DNA of 64,000 bases from Promethearchaeota archaeon (GCA_048938105.1 JBHLMN010000018.1:1-64000), one strand, 5' to 3'; shown: positions 10,532 through 21,601, numbered from the stretch's first letter. The notes: generated from the letters alone by a model not told the origin. Translations and numbers: made by a program.

Positions 10532-11239
10532 ATGGATTTAAGTGAAATAAACCACCTGACTAGCAGAAAGATAAATCAGGTGTGTCAAGAAGGTCTGTCT
10601 AACCAACAACTAAGAAAATACTATCGTTTTCGGTATTCCAGTCAGTTTTATGGAGGAATAGTCACTGCTGATGTGGTGGGATGTAACTTGCGATGTGTCT
10701 ATTGTTGGTCGCAAAAAATCGCATGGTATCCACGAAAGGGATCGTGGTACTCATCTGATCAGGTAGTACAGGCATTAATGGCTCTCAGCAAAAAACACAA
10801 TTGTCACCGAATGCGCCTTAGTGGAGGGGAACCCACCCTGTGTCAAGAGCATTTACTTGCAGTACTAAAAGAGATACCAGACGAAATTCTGTTCATCTTA
10901 GAAACGAATGGTATTCTCCTCTCTAACCCCAAGTACATTCAGGCACTCGAAGCAGCCAACCATCCCCCATATGTTCGGATCAGTTTGAAAGCTGGTCAAT
11001 CCCTCTTTTCGAAGGTGACTGGAGCTCCTCTTGATGTTTATGACGCACAGCTCCGTGCCATTGATTTGATACAGCAATCAACATTGCGATTTAACATTGC
11101 CATCATGGCGGAATTCTTCACTTCCAAGGAAATTAGTGAACTGGAAGAGATAATAACACCAAAACAATTAGAAATTGAGCAATTGATACTGTACCCCTTC
11201 GTGAAAGAGAAGTTAAAGGCCCGAGGATTCATTTATTAG
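10532..11239 (+). CDS. Radical SAM protein (COG5014-like)
   Basis: CNLRCVYC motif, SGGEP, LETNG. Confidence 0.9.
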   Translation: MDLSEINHLTSRKINQVCQEGLSNQQLRKYYRFRYSSQFYGGIVTADVVGCNLRCVYCWSQKIAWYPRKGSWYSSDQVVQALMALSKKHNCHRMRLSGGEPTLCQEHLLAVLKEIPDEILFILETNGILLSNPKYIQALEAANHPPYVRISLKAGQSLFSKVTGAPLDVYDAQLRAIDLIQQSTLRFNIAIMAEFFTSKEISELEEIITPKQLEIEQLILYPFVKEKLKARGFIY

Positions 11240-11312
11240 TTGGAGATCTATTATAAATCTTATATGTCTTCGGAAAAAAACTTCTTATAGTCTGAGAATC
11301 ACTTTTTCTTTT

Positions 11313-12293
11313 ATGTCAATTACCATTGAATTAATGATGGAATTTTCAGATGATACTGGATTAACGTCAAATAAGCCAAAAAGAAGATATCTTTGGACTG
11401 ATGGATTCGCAGTTTGTAATTTCTTGGAATTATACCAAATTTCTAAAGATAATAAATTCAAAAACCTAGCGATAGAGTTAGTTGAACAAGTTCACAGGAT
11501 ACTAGGTAAGCATAGAGAAGATGATGAGAGATCAGGGTGGTTGGGAAGCAAAGATTCCCCTACAAAACGCGGATTGAGAATAGGAAAACCTTTGCCCGAA
11601 AGGAAGCCACATGAACCTTTTAACCCAAACTTGGAATGGGATCGTGATGGCCAGTACTTTCATTATCTCACAAAGTGGATGCATGCTCTAAACAGGATTT
11701 ATCAAGTAGTTAAAGAAGAAAAATACCTCACATGGGCAATTGATCTTGCAAAGGCGTCAACAGGTTTTATCAGGGACAATAGGATGTTTTGGAAAATGAG
11801 TATTGACCTTTCTTATCCTCTAGTTCCCTCGATGGGACAACACGATCCTGTTGATGGTTATGTCACTTTTAAAGAAATACAAGCAGTATCTGATATTGAT
11901 TTAGGAGCAGCGTTAAAAAAATTTGAAAAATTAATGCACCAAATTAATCTCATAACAACTGATCCTCTTGGTATTGGAGGGCTATTATTTGATGCCTATA
12001 GACTTGAACAAATGGGCGAATCTGAAAAAAGGCAGACTCTCATTGATGCTGCTCGAAAAGGACTCGAATACTGTCAGTTGTCACATGTTTTAGCATTTAG
12101 AGAACTCGGTTTAGCAATAGGATTACAAGCTGCTAAAAAGATGTCTGTTTTAAAAGAATATTGGTCATTAATAGATAAGATTAATGATTATTGGCTTCAA
12201 AATAGGGGTTGGACAGAGCACAAGGATATTAACAGTGTCATGCTAGCAACAAGTATAATACCAGGTAGTTTTCTATCGATTTCAGAATATTAG
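11313..12293 (+). CDS. Conserved hypothetical protein, probable alpha/alpha-toroid (six-hairpin glycosidase-like) fold
   Basis: RRYLWTD, DRDGQYFHYLTKWMHAL, FWKMSIDLSYPLVPSMGQHDP and HKDINSVMLATS motifs of a widespread uncharacterised family. Confidence 0.7.
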   Translation: MSITIELMMEFSDDTGLTSNKPKRRYLWTDGFAVCNFLELYQISKDNKFKNLAIELVEQVHRILGKHREDDERSGWLGSKDSPTKRGLRIGKPLPERKPHEPFNPNLEWDRDGQYFHYLTKWMHALNRIYQVVKEEKYLTWAIDLAKASTGFIRDNRMFWKMSIDLSYPLVPSMGQHDPVDGYVTFKEIQAVSDIDLGAALKKFEKLMHQINLITTDPLGIGGLLFDAYRLEQMGESEKRQTLIDAARKGLEYCQLSHVLAFRELGLAIGLQAAKKMSVLKEYWSLIDKINDYWLQNRGWTEHKDINSVMLATSIIPGSFLSISEY

Positions 12294-12302
12294 ATCTCAT
12301 GG

Positions 12303-13088
12303 ATGGAATTGAACTTGTCAGACAATTTAGGGAGAAAATACTATTTATCACAAAAACCTAAAATTATGGTGAATTTTGAGAAACAGATCAAGCTCTTTAG
12401 GAGAGTATTATGCAAGCAATTCGAGGAAAAGGTTGTCGATCAGATTATTAATGACACACGGATGGAATATGAAGAATTAATCCCTGAAATGCCGTATATC
12501 GGAGCCGAGGAGAGTCGAGTGGGAAAAAGATTAACAAGTAACATCATTAATACAACAATGGGTTTAGCGTTATGGAAAACCATAAAAAAACGCAGCGTTA
12601 CTGTTGAGGAAGCAGCAGTACTCCTATGCGAAACAGCTGAAGAGATGTTTAACTCTATGTCACGATTCTCAAAAATCTTCTTACGAACGTTCAGAACTTT
12701 GACCTATAGTTTTCCATTAAAACATCTGTACAGAAGACTTCTAAAGAACATGGCGAAAAAGTCTCAAGAAAGGGAATTTCATAATAATTTTGTAATGCAT
12801 TATATTGATGGGGAGGGGGAAGAATTCGATTTTGGATTTGATTATACAGTCTGTCCAATCAACAACTTTTGGCGTGAACAGGGGGAAGAGGAGTTATTGC
12901 CATATATTTGCTTATATGATTATTTCACAAGTGATCTCACAGGATCAGGGTTAATCAGAACACAAACCTTAGCAGAAGGATTTGATAGATGCGACTTCAG
13001 ATTTAAGAGAGGGAGAAAGTCGGAAAACAGGCAACGAACGCAATTTATAAAGAGAAAAGACTTAATTTCATTTCAGGAGCTAGATTAA
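12303..13088 (+). CDS. L-2-amino-thiazoline-4-carboxylic acid hydrolase family (V4R-related) protein
   Basis: FDYTVCPI...YICLYD...LIRTQTLAEGFDRCDFRF motif. Confidence 0.85.
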   Translation: MELNLSDNLGRKYYLSQKPKIMVNFEKQIKLFRRVLCKQFEEKVVDQIINDTRMEYEELIPEMPYIGAEESRVGKRLTSNIINTTMGLALWKTIKKRSVTVEEAAVLLCETAEEMFNSMSRFSKIFLRTFRTLTYSFPLKHLYRRLLKNMAKKSQEREFHNNFVMHYIDGEGEEFDFGFDYTVCPINNFWREQGEEELLPYICLYDYFTSDLTGSGLIRTQTLAEGFDRCDFRFKRGRKSENRQRTQFIKRKDLISFQELD

Positions 13089-14804
13089 GTGTCTAAAAGC
13101 CAAATCCAACCGATTAGTCATGATGAATTAAAACGTGGTATTCTATTAGGAAAATTATGGTTTATGGTAGCTTGGATTACAATCATTGTCATATTGCTGA
13201 TCATCCCATTAGATGAATTTGGTGAATTAGCTATAGGGAGACAGATATATGTTATATTCAGTCGATTATTTATTTATGGAACTATTTTTGTCTTTAGTAT
13301 CGTCCTTATCTATCTTGTTGGGAAAAAATTAGATTATAATCCTTATAGGGGGAAATTTTTCGGACTTCTGGGTTTAGTACTAAGTTTTATTGGTATTTTT
13401 CTGTTTCTCCAAAATAATGTACTTTTCTTAGTAATACCTGGATTTTGGCTTATTGGATTAGGTAGTTCCCTAGTTGGTGTTGTTGGATTCTATTTTTTGG
13501 CAGGTTTTATACCTGTTCATCGACGAGGAGTTCACATTTCTCATTCGATAGGATTAGGTTCGTTAATCATCCTAATAATATCATTTTTACGATTAAATGT
13601 CCTTAGTCAAGAAACATTCACATGGTTTTTCTTCGTTGGTGAAATTAATGATTTTCTGATCCTTTTTACGCTATTTCTGGTGACTTTCGTAGTATTCTGT
13701 ATAACTTCACTAGTTAGTAGGAATCATCAAGTTGGATGGACCAATGATCGTTGGCCGACAAATGATCGCGATATAATGAAACGCCATCCTGTAAGATTAT
13801 CAATTATAAGCCATTTCTTGGTTTTCATGGTGTTTGGTCTCGCTATATCCATTATAATCGATATAGTAAGGATTTATCCTTTCAATGATTCTGATATTAA
13901 ATGGCTCCCTCTCTCTGGAGTTGAGTATGTAGATTTATTTTGGGTATTTCTCTTCATAGGTAATTTTATCTCAATTTGGGCAGTTGGCTACTTAGTTGAC
14001 AGATTTGGACGTAAATCTTTTACTATTATTGGTATCTATACAATATCTCTTGCGTTTTTGGGATTTAGTGTCTCCTTAACCTTAATAAGTCTTATAGCTG
14101 CTGCATTTGCTATTGGGATAGGTGTTTCGGGAATTAATCTCACCTTAGACACCTCTATATGGATGGATCTTTCTCCGAGAGATGGATTAGGACGTTATAC
14201 TGCTTTTGGATTGATTTCTTTAATCACAGGATTATCATTCGGACGACTTCTAAGTTTAGTATTAATAGATCAAATTGGGGATATCGCTACTAGTATTAGT
14301 TTGGTAGGTTTTATCTTGCTTTTTGTAACTGCTCTCTCAGTATATCCACTTAGCCTTATAGATGATACCTATCCACCATTAAATTTTCTTCTATTAATTG
14401 TACGCATGGAAGGGGGAACTTTATTATACTCAAATGGATTTCAAAAAGAATTATGGGAATTTAACAAGCTCGCGTTAATTTCTGGAGGTTTAGAAGCCAT
14501 TGACACATTCATGCATGAAGTGTTGGAACGGGGGAATATGGAATATGTTCTTCATGCTGGTTATTATATCCTTAATGATCAACAAGAATCCACTCGTGCG
14601 AATCTCATAACAAACAAAGCAAGTCATGAACTCCGGTATCTACTCAAAGAATTTACTAATCGATTTAACGATCAATATCTAGAAGTCATCAAAACCTGGA
14701 AAGGAGATGTATCACAGTTCAAAGACGCGGATAAAATTGTAGAAGAGATATTTGGCCCATTAATCTCTTCTAGTGATCTAAAAACATGTACCTCTCCCGA
14801 ATAG
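13089..14804 (+). CDS. MFS transporter fused to a C-terminal longin-like domain
   Basis: About 12 TM helices; MFS motif A GYLVDRFGRK; C-terminal GGTLLYS...LISGGLEAIDTFMHEV...WKGDVSQF, typical of Asgard longin-like domains. Confidence 0.75.
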   Translation: MSKSQIQPISHDELKRGILLGKLWFMVAWITIIVILLIIPLDEFGELAIGRQIYVIFSRLFIYGTIFVFSIVLIYLVGKKLDYNPYRGKFFGLLGLVLSFIGIFLFLQNNVLFLVIPGFWLIGLGSSLVGVVGFYFLAGFIPVHRRGVHISHSIGLGSLIILIISFLRLNVLSQETFTWFFFVGEINDFLILFTLFLVTFVVFCITSLVSRNHQVGWTNDRWPTNDRDIMKRHPVRLSIISHFLVFMVFGLAISIIIDIVRIYPFNDSDIKWLPLSGVEYVDLFWVFLFIGNFISIWAVGYLVDRFGRKSFTIIGIYTISLAFLGFSVSLTLISLIAAAFAIGIGVSGINLTLDTSIWMDLSPRDGLGRYTAFGLISLITGLSFGRLLSLVLIDQIGDIATSISLVGFILLFVTALSVYPLSLIDDTYPPLNFLLLIVRMEGGTLLYSNGFQKELWEFNKLALISGGLEAIDTFMHEVLERGNMEYVLHAGYYILNDQQESTRANLITNKASHELRYLLKEFTNRFNDQYLEVIKTWKGDVSQFKDADKIVEEIFGPLISSSDLKTCTSPE

Positions 14805-15155
14805 GTTAAATTGGTCTGGAGTAGGGACAGCAATTATTCTGGATAATGGAATTATAACATGAAATTTATCTGTCTACACCTACCTATAAACGCAAGGACT
14901 AAGAATAAAACCGTAAAGAAGGTATAAATCCTAATAGTCTGGCTTCAACAGCGATTAAACACTTAAACATAACAATATAGTATAAGAAAATGGAATTTAC
15001 CAGATATATTCTACCACTTAAGTACATGAGACTATTGGTTACAGACAGAAATGGACAGTAGATGTTCTATCAACTAAGATAATTATTTATTCTATTATCT
15101 ACATCCTTAAAGCTAGACAAATACTTTTTCAAAGGTGAAAACTCTTTAAGTACAT

Positions 15156-17900
15156 TTGAAAATGTTTTCTTGGTGTGATTATTTGTCAAAAGTTGCAATT
15201 ATTGAAACCACGTCTCAGACAATTATTGAAGATTATTCTAAATTGCTAGATCTCATAAATTATCAATCTATAATTAAAAAGGAATTAAAAACAATCATTA
15301 AGATTAATTTATCCTGGACATTATTCTACCCTGCATGTTCTACTCCTGTATGGCAATTAGATGGGGTACTTAATAAATTAATTAATGATGGGCTCAACCC
15401 AGAGGAAATTATCCCAACTGAGAATCAAACAGTTGTAACACACCCTTATAAAGGAGCCTATGGAAACAAATGGTTTCCAATTTTTAAAAAATATCAAACG
15501 CAATATCGTCCTCTAACTAACGAAAAATGGATCAAATTTAATCCCAAGAATGAAGTTCCTTGGATGAGAGAATTATTCAAAGATAATATTATCATCCCTG
15601 AAATCTTTATGAATAATAATATCATCCATTTACCGACTTTGAAGTGTGTTCATCCCGATACTGAAATTTTTCTTTCAGATGGATCCTTAGTGAATATTTC
15701 AAATTTTATTAATGTTCATCATAAAAAGGAAAAAGTCTTCTCCACTCAGGAGAACGATAAATATACTGAAACTTCCACTGAAATTGTATCTTATAAGGGG
15801 AAAATATGTAAAAGTAATACTTATAGGTTATGGAAAACTCCAGCACCTAAAACAGTTTATAAAATCTTAACCAAAACAGGAAAAGAAGTCATTGTTAGTG
15901 AAAATCATCCGTTTTTAACACCAAAGGGATGGATAAAAGCTAGAAATCTTCAAAAGAAGATAAGAATCGCTATACCAAGAAATATAGGAATTGAAGGGAA
16001 AGAACAGGTATTATCAAACATTCCGACAGTTCAGGATAAAATGGATGAAATTTTTATTGATAAAATTAATTTCAAAGAAGGTAGGAAGTTCACCATAGAG
16101 CAACAAAAAGAAATAATTAGAGAATATTTACTAGGAAGAACAACAACAGAAATTGCTAAGAAATATTCTTCTCATTATGAGAGTATTCGAGCAATCCTTC
16201 TCCGATATAATATACCAATTCGATGGGTTCGTCCTCCATTAAAGTTACCAAGAGTAACTTCAGAAGCGTTGTGGGAATGGATGGGATATTTTTTATCTGA
16301 AGGTTATGCTAGTGATACTAAAGGTAGTATGAGGTATTGGTTTAGTAATATGAATGATATTTTAAAATCTCGTTTCATTAAGCTAACTAAATCACTGTTT
16401 AATATCGAAATCAAGATAAGGGACAATAATAAGGACATGTACTTTGATTCGAATGAATTTATTAAATTTATGAATTCATTAGGGTTTGAAGAGAATATTA
16501 AATCATATAATAAAAGGATTCCACGGATTTTATTCAAATGTAGTGAGAAAGAAATTGTAGCTTTTCTTCAAGGTTATTTCGATGGAGATGGAACAGTAGG
16601 AAAAGATGGTTTACATATTACAACAAAAAGTAAACGTTTGGCAAAGGATATGGTATATCTACTCTTACGAATTGGCATCATTAGCTTTCTAGATGAAGTT
16701 AAAAACGAAGCTATAAACGCAAAAAATCCTAGGAAGAGAAAATATTGGCGAATTAGTATATATGGCGATGATGTTGTTTCTTTCAATGAAAAAGTCACTT
16801 TAAGAGTACATAAGAAAAAAAACCGTTTAAATGACTTTTCAATTAGACGTTTAAAGAGTAAAAGACCTTCAAATTGGGATACTATTCCAGTTAATAGAGT
16901 AATTTTTAGAAGTGTAAGAAAAGGACTAGGATTCACCCAAGAATCTACAGGAAAACCTAGTAGTGTGAATAGCATTGAAAACGGCCATTCTCAACCAACA
17001 CGACATATTATGAATTATTTCATTCAATTATTTGAATCAAAAAGTAATGGAAAATTTAGAGATGAAATAAAATATTTTAAAAAGATTAGTTCTACAGAAA
17101 TTGCGTGGGATCATATAAAAAAGGTAGAAAAAATTAATTGTGATTCAGAATATCTTTTTGATCTCTCTGTTGATGGTACAAACTGCTTTATTGGAAATGG
17201 AACAATTTTACATAATACACATGGACACACTGTCACAACTGGAGCAATAAAAAACGCCTTTGGGGGATTGATACCGAAATACCGCCATCATTCTCACCGT
17301 ATTATTGATGGTATTTTAGTAGATTTGTTGGCGATCCAAAAAGAGATACACCCTGGAATGTTAGCAGTGATGGATGGAACTGTCGCTGGTGATGGAGCTG
17401 GACCAAGAGTTATGGAACCTGTGTCCACTAATCTCCTCCTCGCGAGCGAAGATCAGGTTGCTATAGATGCACTTTCTGCTAAGATCATGGGATTCGATCC
17501 TTTAAGCATTAATTACATCCGAATGGCTCATGATCAAGGCCTCGGTACTGGTGATGTTGATCAGATTGAGATTATTGGATTAGATTCTGATAAAGTACGC
17601 GACATGAATTATGATTTTACTGTGAAACGAAGCCTTGTAGTTCGTTGGGATCAAAGGTTACGAAATACTACCTTTCGCTATCGTCCTTTAAAGCCCTTCC
17701 ATTGGCTTTTTTTCCACACGCCAATCTTTAAATTATTAATCGCAGGATCGAGCATATATCATGATTGGTTCTGGTATAGATTTATAGGAAAAAGGAGAAT
17801 AAAGAAGTTTCAACAAACAGAATGGGGAAAACTGTATGATAGATATGAATATGGAGAGAAAGAACAATACCCAAAGATCAAAGATTGGAATCCCTATTAA
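15156..17900 (+). CDS. DUF362 family (Fe-S, LarA-like fold) protein interrupted by an intein
   Basis: Exteins contain IIKINLSW, LPTLK|THGHTVTTGAIKNAFGG, MDGTVAGDGAGP and DQVAIDA. The true start may be the TTG near 15184. Confidence 0.85.
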   Translation: MKMFSWCDYLSKVAIIETTSQTIIEDYSKLLDLINYQSIIKKELKTIIKINLSWTLFYPACSTPVWQLDGVLNKLINDGLNPEEIIPTENQTVVTHPYKGAYGNKWFPIFKKYQTQYRPLTNEKWIKFNPKNEVPWMRELFKDNIIIPEIFMNNNIIHLPTLKCVHPDTEIFLSDGSLVNISNFINVHHKKEKVFSTQENDKYTETSTEIVSYKGKICKSNTYRLWKTPAPKTVYKILTKTGKEVIVSENHPFLTPKGWIKARNLQKKIRIAIPRNIGIEGKEQVLSNIPTVQDKMDEIFIDKINFKEGRKFTIEQQKEIIREYLLGRTTTEIAKKYSSHYESIRAILLRYNIPIRWVRPPLKLPRVTSEALWEWMGYFLSEGYASDTKGSMRYWFSNMNDILKSRFIKLTKSLFNIEIKIRDNNKDMYFDSNEFIKFMNSLGFEENIKSYNKRIPRILFKCSEKEIVAFLQGYFDGDGTVGKDGLHITTKSKRLAKDMVYLLLRIGIISFLDEVKNEAINAKNPRKRKYWRISIYGDDVVSFNEKVTLRVHKKKNRLNDFSIRRLKSKRPSNWDTIPVNRVIFRSVRKGLGFTQESTGKPSSVNSIENGHSQPTRHIMNYFIQLFESKSNGKFRDEIKYFKKISSTEIAWDHIKKVEKINCDSEYLFDLSVDGTNCFIGNGTILHNTHGHTVTTGAIKNAFGGLIPKYRHHSHRIIDGILVDLLAIQKEIHPGMLAVMDGTVAGDGAGPRVMEPVSTNLLLASEDQVAIDALSAKIMGFDPLSINYIRMAHDQGLGTGDVDQIEIIGLDSDKVRDMNYDFTVKRSLVVRWDQRLRNTTFRYRPLKPFHWLFFHTPIFKLLIAGSSIYHDWFWYRFIGKRRIKKFQQTEWGKLYDRYEYGEKEQYPKIKDWNPY
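15645..17216 (+). mobile_element. Intein (524 aa) with LAGLIDADG homing endonuclease
   Basis: Block A CVHPDTEIFLSDG; block B SENHPFLT; LAGLIDADG motifs WMGYFLSEG and FLQGYFDGDG; block F/G FDLSVDGTNCFIGNGTILHN; Thr at +1. Confidence 0.95.
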
Positions 17901-17930
17901 ACAAAAAAGGGGAGAGGAGAAGATAAAGTT

Positions 17931-19319
17931 TTAGGCGTGTACTTTTTTTGCTGACGCTTCTAACACTTCATCTTCAGGGTATTTCCTGAATATAAAAAGT
18001 CCAATGAGGAGGATTAAAGCTGCCACTGGGCCAATAAGAGATACTCCCAAAGTATCAGGAAGTCCTGGGATGATGGTAGAAATCAATGAGGGTTCGCCAT
18101 AGGTTCCCCCAAAGATTCCCAGAATAAGCCCTAATATTTGGACGGAAACACCCCCAGCAAAACGAGTTAAAAGTCCTTGGGAGGCAAAGTGCATAGCTTC
18201 ACGACGAGTACCTGTAATCGTTTCATCGTAATCTGTAATATCAGAAATGATTGAGTCAGGCAAAATCAATAGGGGAGCCGCTGGAAAACCAACAAGAAGA
18301 ACAATAATTAAAGTGTGAATAAGTGGGTCGAATGGGATCATTCCTACGGTGAATAAAAGGGATGTTAAAACTGCAGCGACAATTATAGAATAAATTACTG
18401 CCTTTTTTTTGCCCACCCTATTGATCCAAAACATCGCTGGAATGATTGATATAAAAGCCGTAATGACAAAGGCACCAGGAATATATGATGATATATCCAC
18501 TACTTCACCTTTATAGATAATTTCTCTTCCAAAAATAGGTAATACTTTGATCACCATTTCTTGAAAAGCTGTAGCAAAAATCGTGTAACCAAGATAGGGT
18601 AAGAATGGTTTATTCTTGAGTGTAACCTTTAGTGCTTCATTAATCCCAAAAGTAGGCATTTTTGGGACTTCTTTGGGTTCTTTAATTCCGAAAACAGTAA
18701 TATAAAGGCATATAAACATGAAACATGCAAGTATTACAACAATAAATACATTGAATTCCACAAATGCTCCAATAATTACTCCAAGGACAAAACCAACGAG
18801 ATAAAACCCTTGACGATATGTAGAAATACTCGTTCGTTCCTCAGGAGTCTGACAAATCTCTGGAATAATAGCTAGATAGACACAAAATGTAGCAGCGTAA
18901 GCTGCATTATAAATCCCATTAAAAATCGCTAACCATATAACAGGAAAAAGTATGTCAGTTGCTGGAGTAGGGATTAGAAAGATAGCTACAAAACTAATAG
19001 CTATAACTGGCGAACCTAAGAGTAACCATGGTTTACGCCTCCCAAAACGAGTTGATACTAATTTATCAGAAAGCCATCCTGCAACTGGATTCATCAAGGC
19101 TTGAATCCACCATCCTATAGCTAAAGCAGTTCCAAGTAAAGTAAGAATCCAGAATTGATTTTCAGCACTCACTTCAATTAAATCTTTGTATACTACCTCT
19201 TTATAATAAAAGAATACAAATGTTGTAAGTGTTCCACCTACAGCTGCACTACCAAAAGTAGCTATGGAATATGATATTTTTCGGGGCCAAGATGTAGAAA
19301 ATATTTGATTTTGGGTCAT
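17931..19319 (-). CDS. MFS transporter, GPH (MelB-like) glycoside:cation symporter family
   Basis: GWLSDKLVSTRFGRRKPW, ERTSISTYR and ISDITDYDETITGTRREA motifs. Confidence 0.9.
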   Translation of the reverse strand: MTQNQIFSTSWPRKISYSIATFGSAAVGGTLTTFVFFYYKEVVYKDLIEVSAENQFWILTLLGTALAIGWWIQALMNPVAGWLSDKLVSTRFGRRKPWLLLGSPVIAISFVAIFLIPTPATDILFPVIWLAIFNGIYNAAYAATFCVYLAIIPEICQTPEERTSISTYRQGFYLVGFVLGVIIGAFVEFNVFIVVILACFMFICLYITVFGIKEPKEVPKMPTFGINEALKVTLKNKPFLPYLGYTIFATAFQEMVIKVLPIFGREIIYKGEVVDISSYIPGAFVITAFISIIPAMFWINRVGKKKAVIYSIIVAAVLTSLLFTVGMIPFDPLIHTLIIVLLVGFPAAPLLILPDSIISDITDYDETITGTRREAMHFASQGLLTRFAGGVSVQILGLILGIFGGTYGEPSLISTIIPGLPDTLGVSLIGPVAALILLIGLFIFRKYPEDEVLEASAKKVHA

Positions 19320-19619
19320 GTTTTACTCACCAATGTAAGAAGAATTGAGGTTATTTTTCTCTTTCAGGTGAAATAAAAAATTTTTCCTCGATAGTTAGTT
19401 TATTCCTTAAAAAACTAAAGATTCAATGGATTTTCTTCTCTACAAAAAGCAAATAATAATCTAAATTATGGAACATTTTTATATAGAATCTGAACCTAGA
19501 TAGTTATTGAGTAACAAGAATTCCGATTCTATTGGAGTTTTCATTAGTTGTTATGGTGTTAATGATAATCGTCTTGAACCATTATAAATTTCCTTTTTTT
19601 TGAACCCTGAGGTATTCCA

Positions 19620-20864
19620 ATGAATGAAGAAAACAATAAACGCTTAGCTGAGGTTAAATCATCATTAGAAATTGTGTTTAGTAATGTAAGAACCTTAAAA
19701 AGAGAAATTCATGTTATTAAACAAAGTTTAAGTGATTTCGAATCAACTATGCAATCATTTGAGGAAAATCTTTCTACAATAAATCAACTTTCTACTAACA
19801 TTGAAGAAATTAAGCAGACAATATCAGAGCTGCAGGAATCTTTTAATGAGCAAAGGGCATCACAACAGGATTTAGTCCAACCTTTGAGTACAGCGATAGA
19901 GGGTGTTCAATCTAAAATATTAACTGTTGAGGAGAATATCTTAAAAGTTTCTGCAACAGAAGAATCCATTGGAGAAGTGAGAAATTCGGTCCAAAAGATC
20001 ATTGAATCATTTTCACAACAGGAACCAAAATATAAAGAAATTCAAATGAGATTTGAAAACTTAACACCAGATTTAGACTCCTTAAAGAGCAACTATGAAA
20101 AAAACTATGAATTAATCAATAGAATAAGTAACGATTTTTCACAATTCAAGGGGACCGCTGATGAAAAGATAGGCCAAATACTGATTGAGAGCGAATCAAA
20201 TAAAAACATTATCAATGAGTATGAAACAAAGATCGATGGATTATCCAATCGTATTGCTAACTTAGAAAGTGTTCTAGAAGAAACAACAGCCAATGTAACA
20301 AATATCACACATTTGACAACTCAAATTGATACCCTGACCTCTAGTACAACAGGCCTTCTCAATCGGGTGCAAAATTTGGAAGAGAAAGCTGGAATATCCA
20401 CTGGGGAATTAATAGGTACTGGTTTTGATAATTTGGGAATGCTTAGGCAATTAGTAGCGGACTTACTTGGAGAAGATAAAGTAGACTACTATATTCCGGT
20501 AGAATCGGGGAAAGACCCTATTTTAGTGATTAATTCGTTGAAGGGGATCATTCGCGACCTGAGCTTTATTGATGAATCCAATAGTCTAAATACATCTGAA
20601 ATCTTATTGAAATATTCTGAAACGGCCGATAGTAGAGCTGATAGAAGAACGTTGATTGTAAATTACAACAAAGATATTCAAAGGATACTAGAAATTGGCC
20701 AATCAGTTTTGATGGATATTGGTCAAAAAAGAATGCAAACACGGAACATTATAGAAGAAATACGAAATTTGGCCAGGCAATGGACTAGTGAGGACGATGT
20801 CCGAGGAGAATCGGGTGTTTTTATGGCTTTAGACTTACTGGAAACCTTGGAGAAAGAATTTTGA
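19620..20864 (+). CDS. Long coiled-coil protein with C-terminal globular region
   Basis: About 250 aa of E/Q/S/I/L heptad-like pattern; no ATPase motif or TM helix. Confidence 0.7.
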   Translation: MNEENNKRLAEVKSSLEIVFSNVRTLKREIHVIKQSLSDFESTMQSFEENLSTINQLSTNIEEIKQTISELQESFNEQRASQQDLVQPLSTAIEGVQSKILTVEENILKVSATEESIGEVRNSVQKIIESFSQQEPKYKEIQMRFENLTPDLDSLKSNYEKNYELINRISNDFSQFKGTADEKIGQILIESESNKNIINEYETKIDGLSNRIANLESVLEETTANVTNITHLTTQIDTLTSSTTGLLNRVQNLEEKAGISTGELIGTGFDNLGMLRQLVADLLGEDKVDYYIPVESGKDPILVINSLKGIIRDLSFIDESNSLNTSEILLKYSETADSRADRRTLIVNYNKDIQRILEIGQSVLMDIGQKRMQTRNIIEEIRNLARQWTSEDDVRGESGVFMALDLLETLEKEF

Positions 20865-20900
20865 TGAATTAAAAGACGAATCTCCTTCAACTTATTTTTA

Positions 20901-21280
20901 TCAAAATTCTCTCAGCAACAGGCCTAAAGTAATCAAATGCTTGGGATATACCCTTGTCTTCATCGGCCCTGATTTTAAGATCAAGGGGAATTTGACCTCT
21001 AAGTTCCGTTTCAAATTATTGGGCCAATTTGAGCACCTCCCTCTCTCTAAATAGTGTGTATCCTTCCACACTAAGGACAAATAAAGGAAGACATGTTTTC
21101 AATAATTCCGATTACTGGTCAATCCATTTTACGTGACATAACCAAAGATTTACTAGTGTCAAGAAGATTTACCTCTTGTGTGGAGTGGTGACAATCACGA
21201 CTCCGGCCATATCAGGAATCATTTGCATGATAGAAATAGCTTCATCTCCAGTTCCTGGCGGCATATCGAAAACTAATATC
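20901..21280 (-). pseudogene. mrp: Mrp/NBP35 (ApbC) Fe-S carrier ATPase remnant
   Basis: Own translation: [32 protein letters not shown], then a frameshift, then [35 protein letters not shown]. The N-terminal Walker A half is missing. Confidence 0.85.
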
Positions 21281-21601
21281 TGATTTCTTTTCAAACAACC
21301 GTTGTTAATGAAAATAAGGATCGAGGCAATAAACAGAAGATTAGATTAAAGAATAAGAATTTATGGTTTCTAATCAGCTGTGGTTGCTTTTAATTCTTCT
21401 AACCATTTGAAAGAAGATAATTTTGGAGCCATTAAAAGGGAATATATTACTCAAGGAATCCGAGTGTAATATTGAAAGAAATATTTGTAAATTTGAGGGG
21501 ATTTAATAAATAATTTCATCAAAAAAAGATAAAGAGAATTATTTTTAATAACCGAAATCGCCTCAGGCCATCATTTGTCAAAATTAATTCAAAAATTACA
21601 T

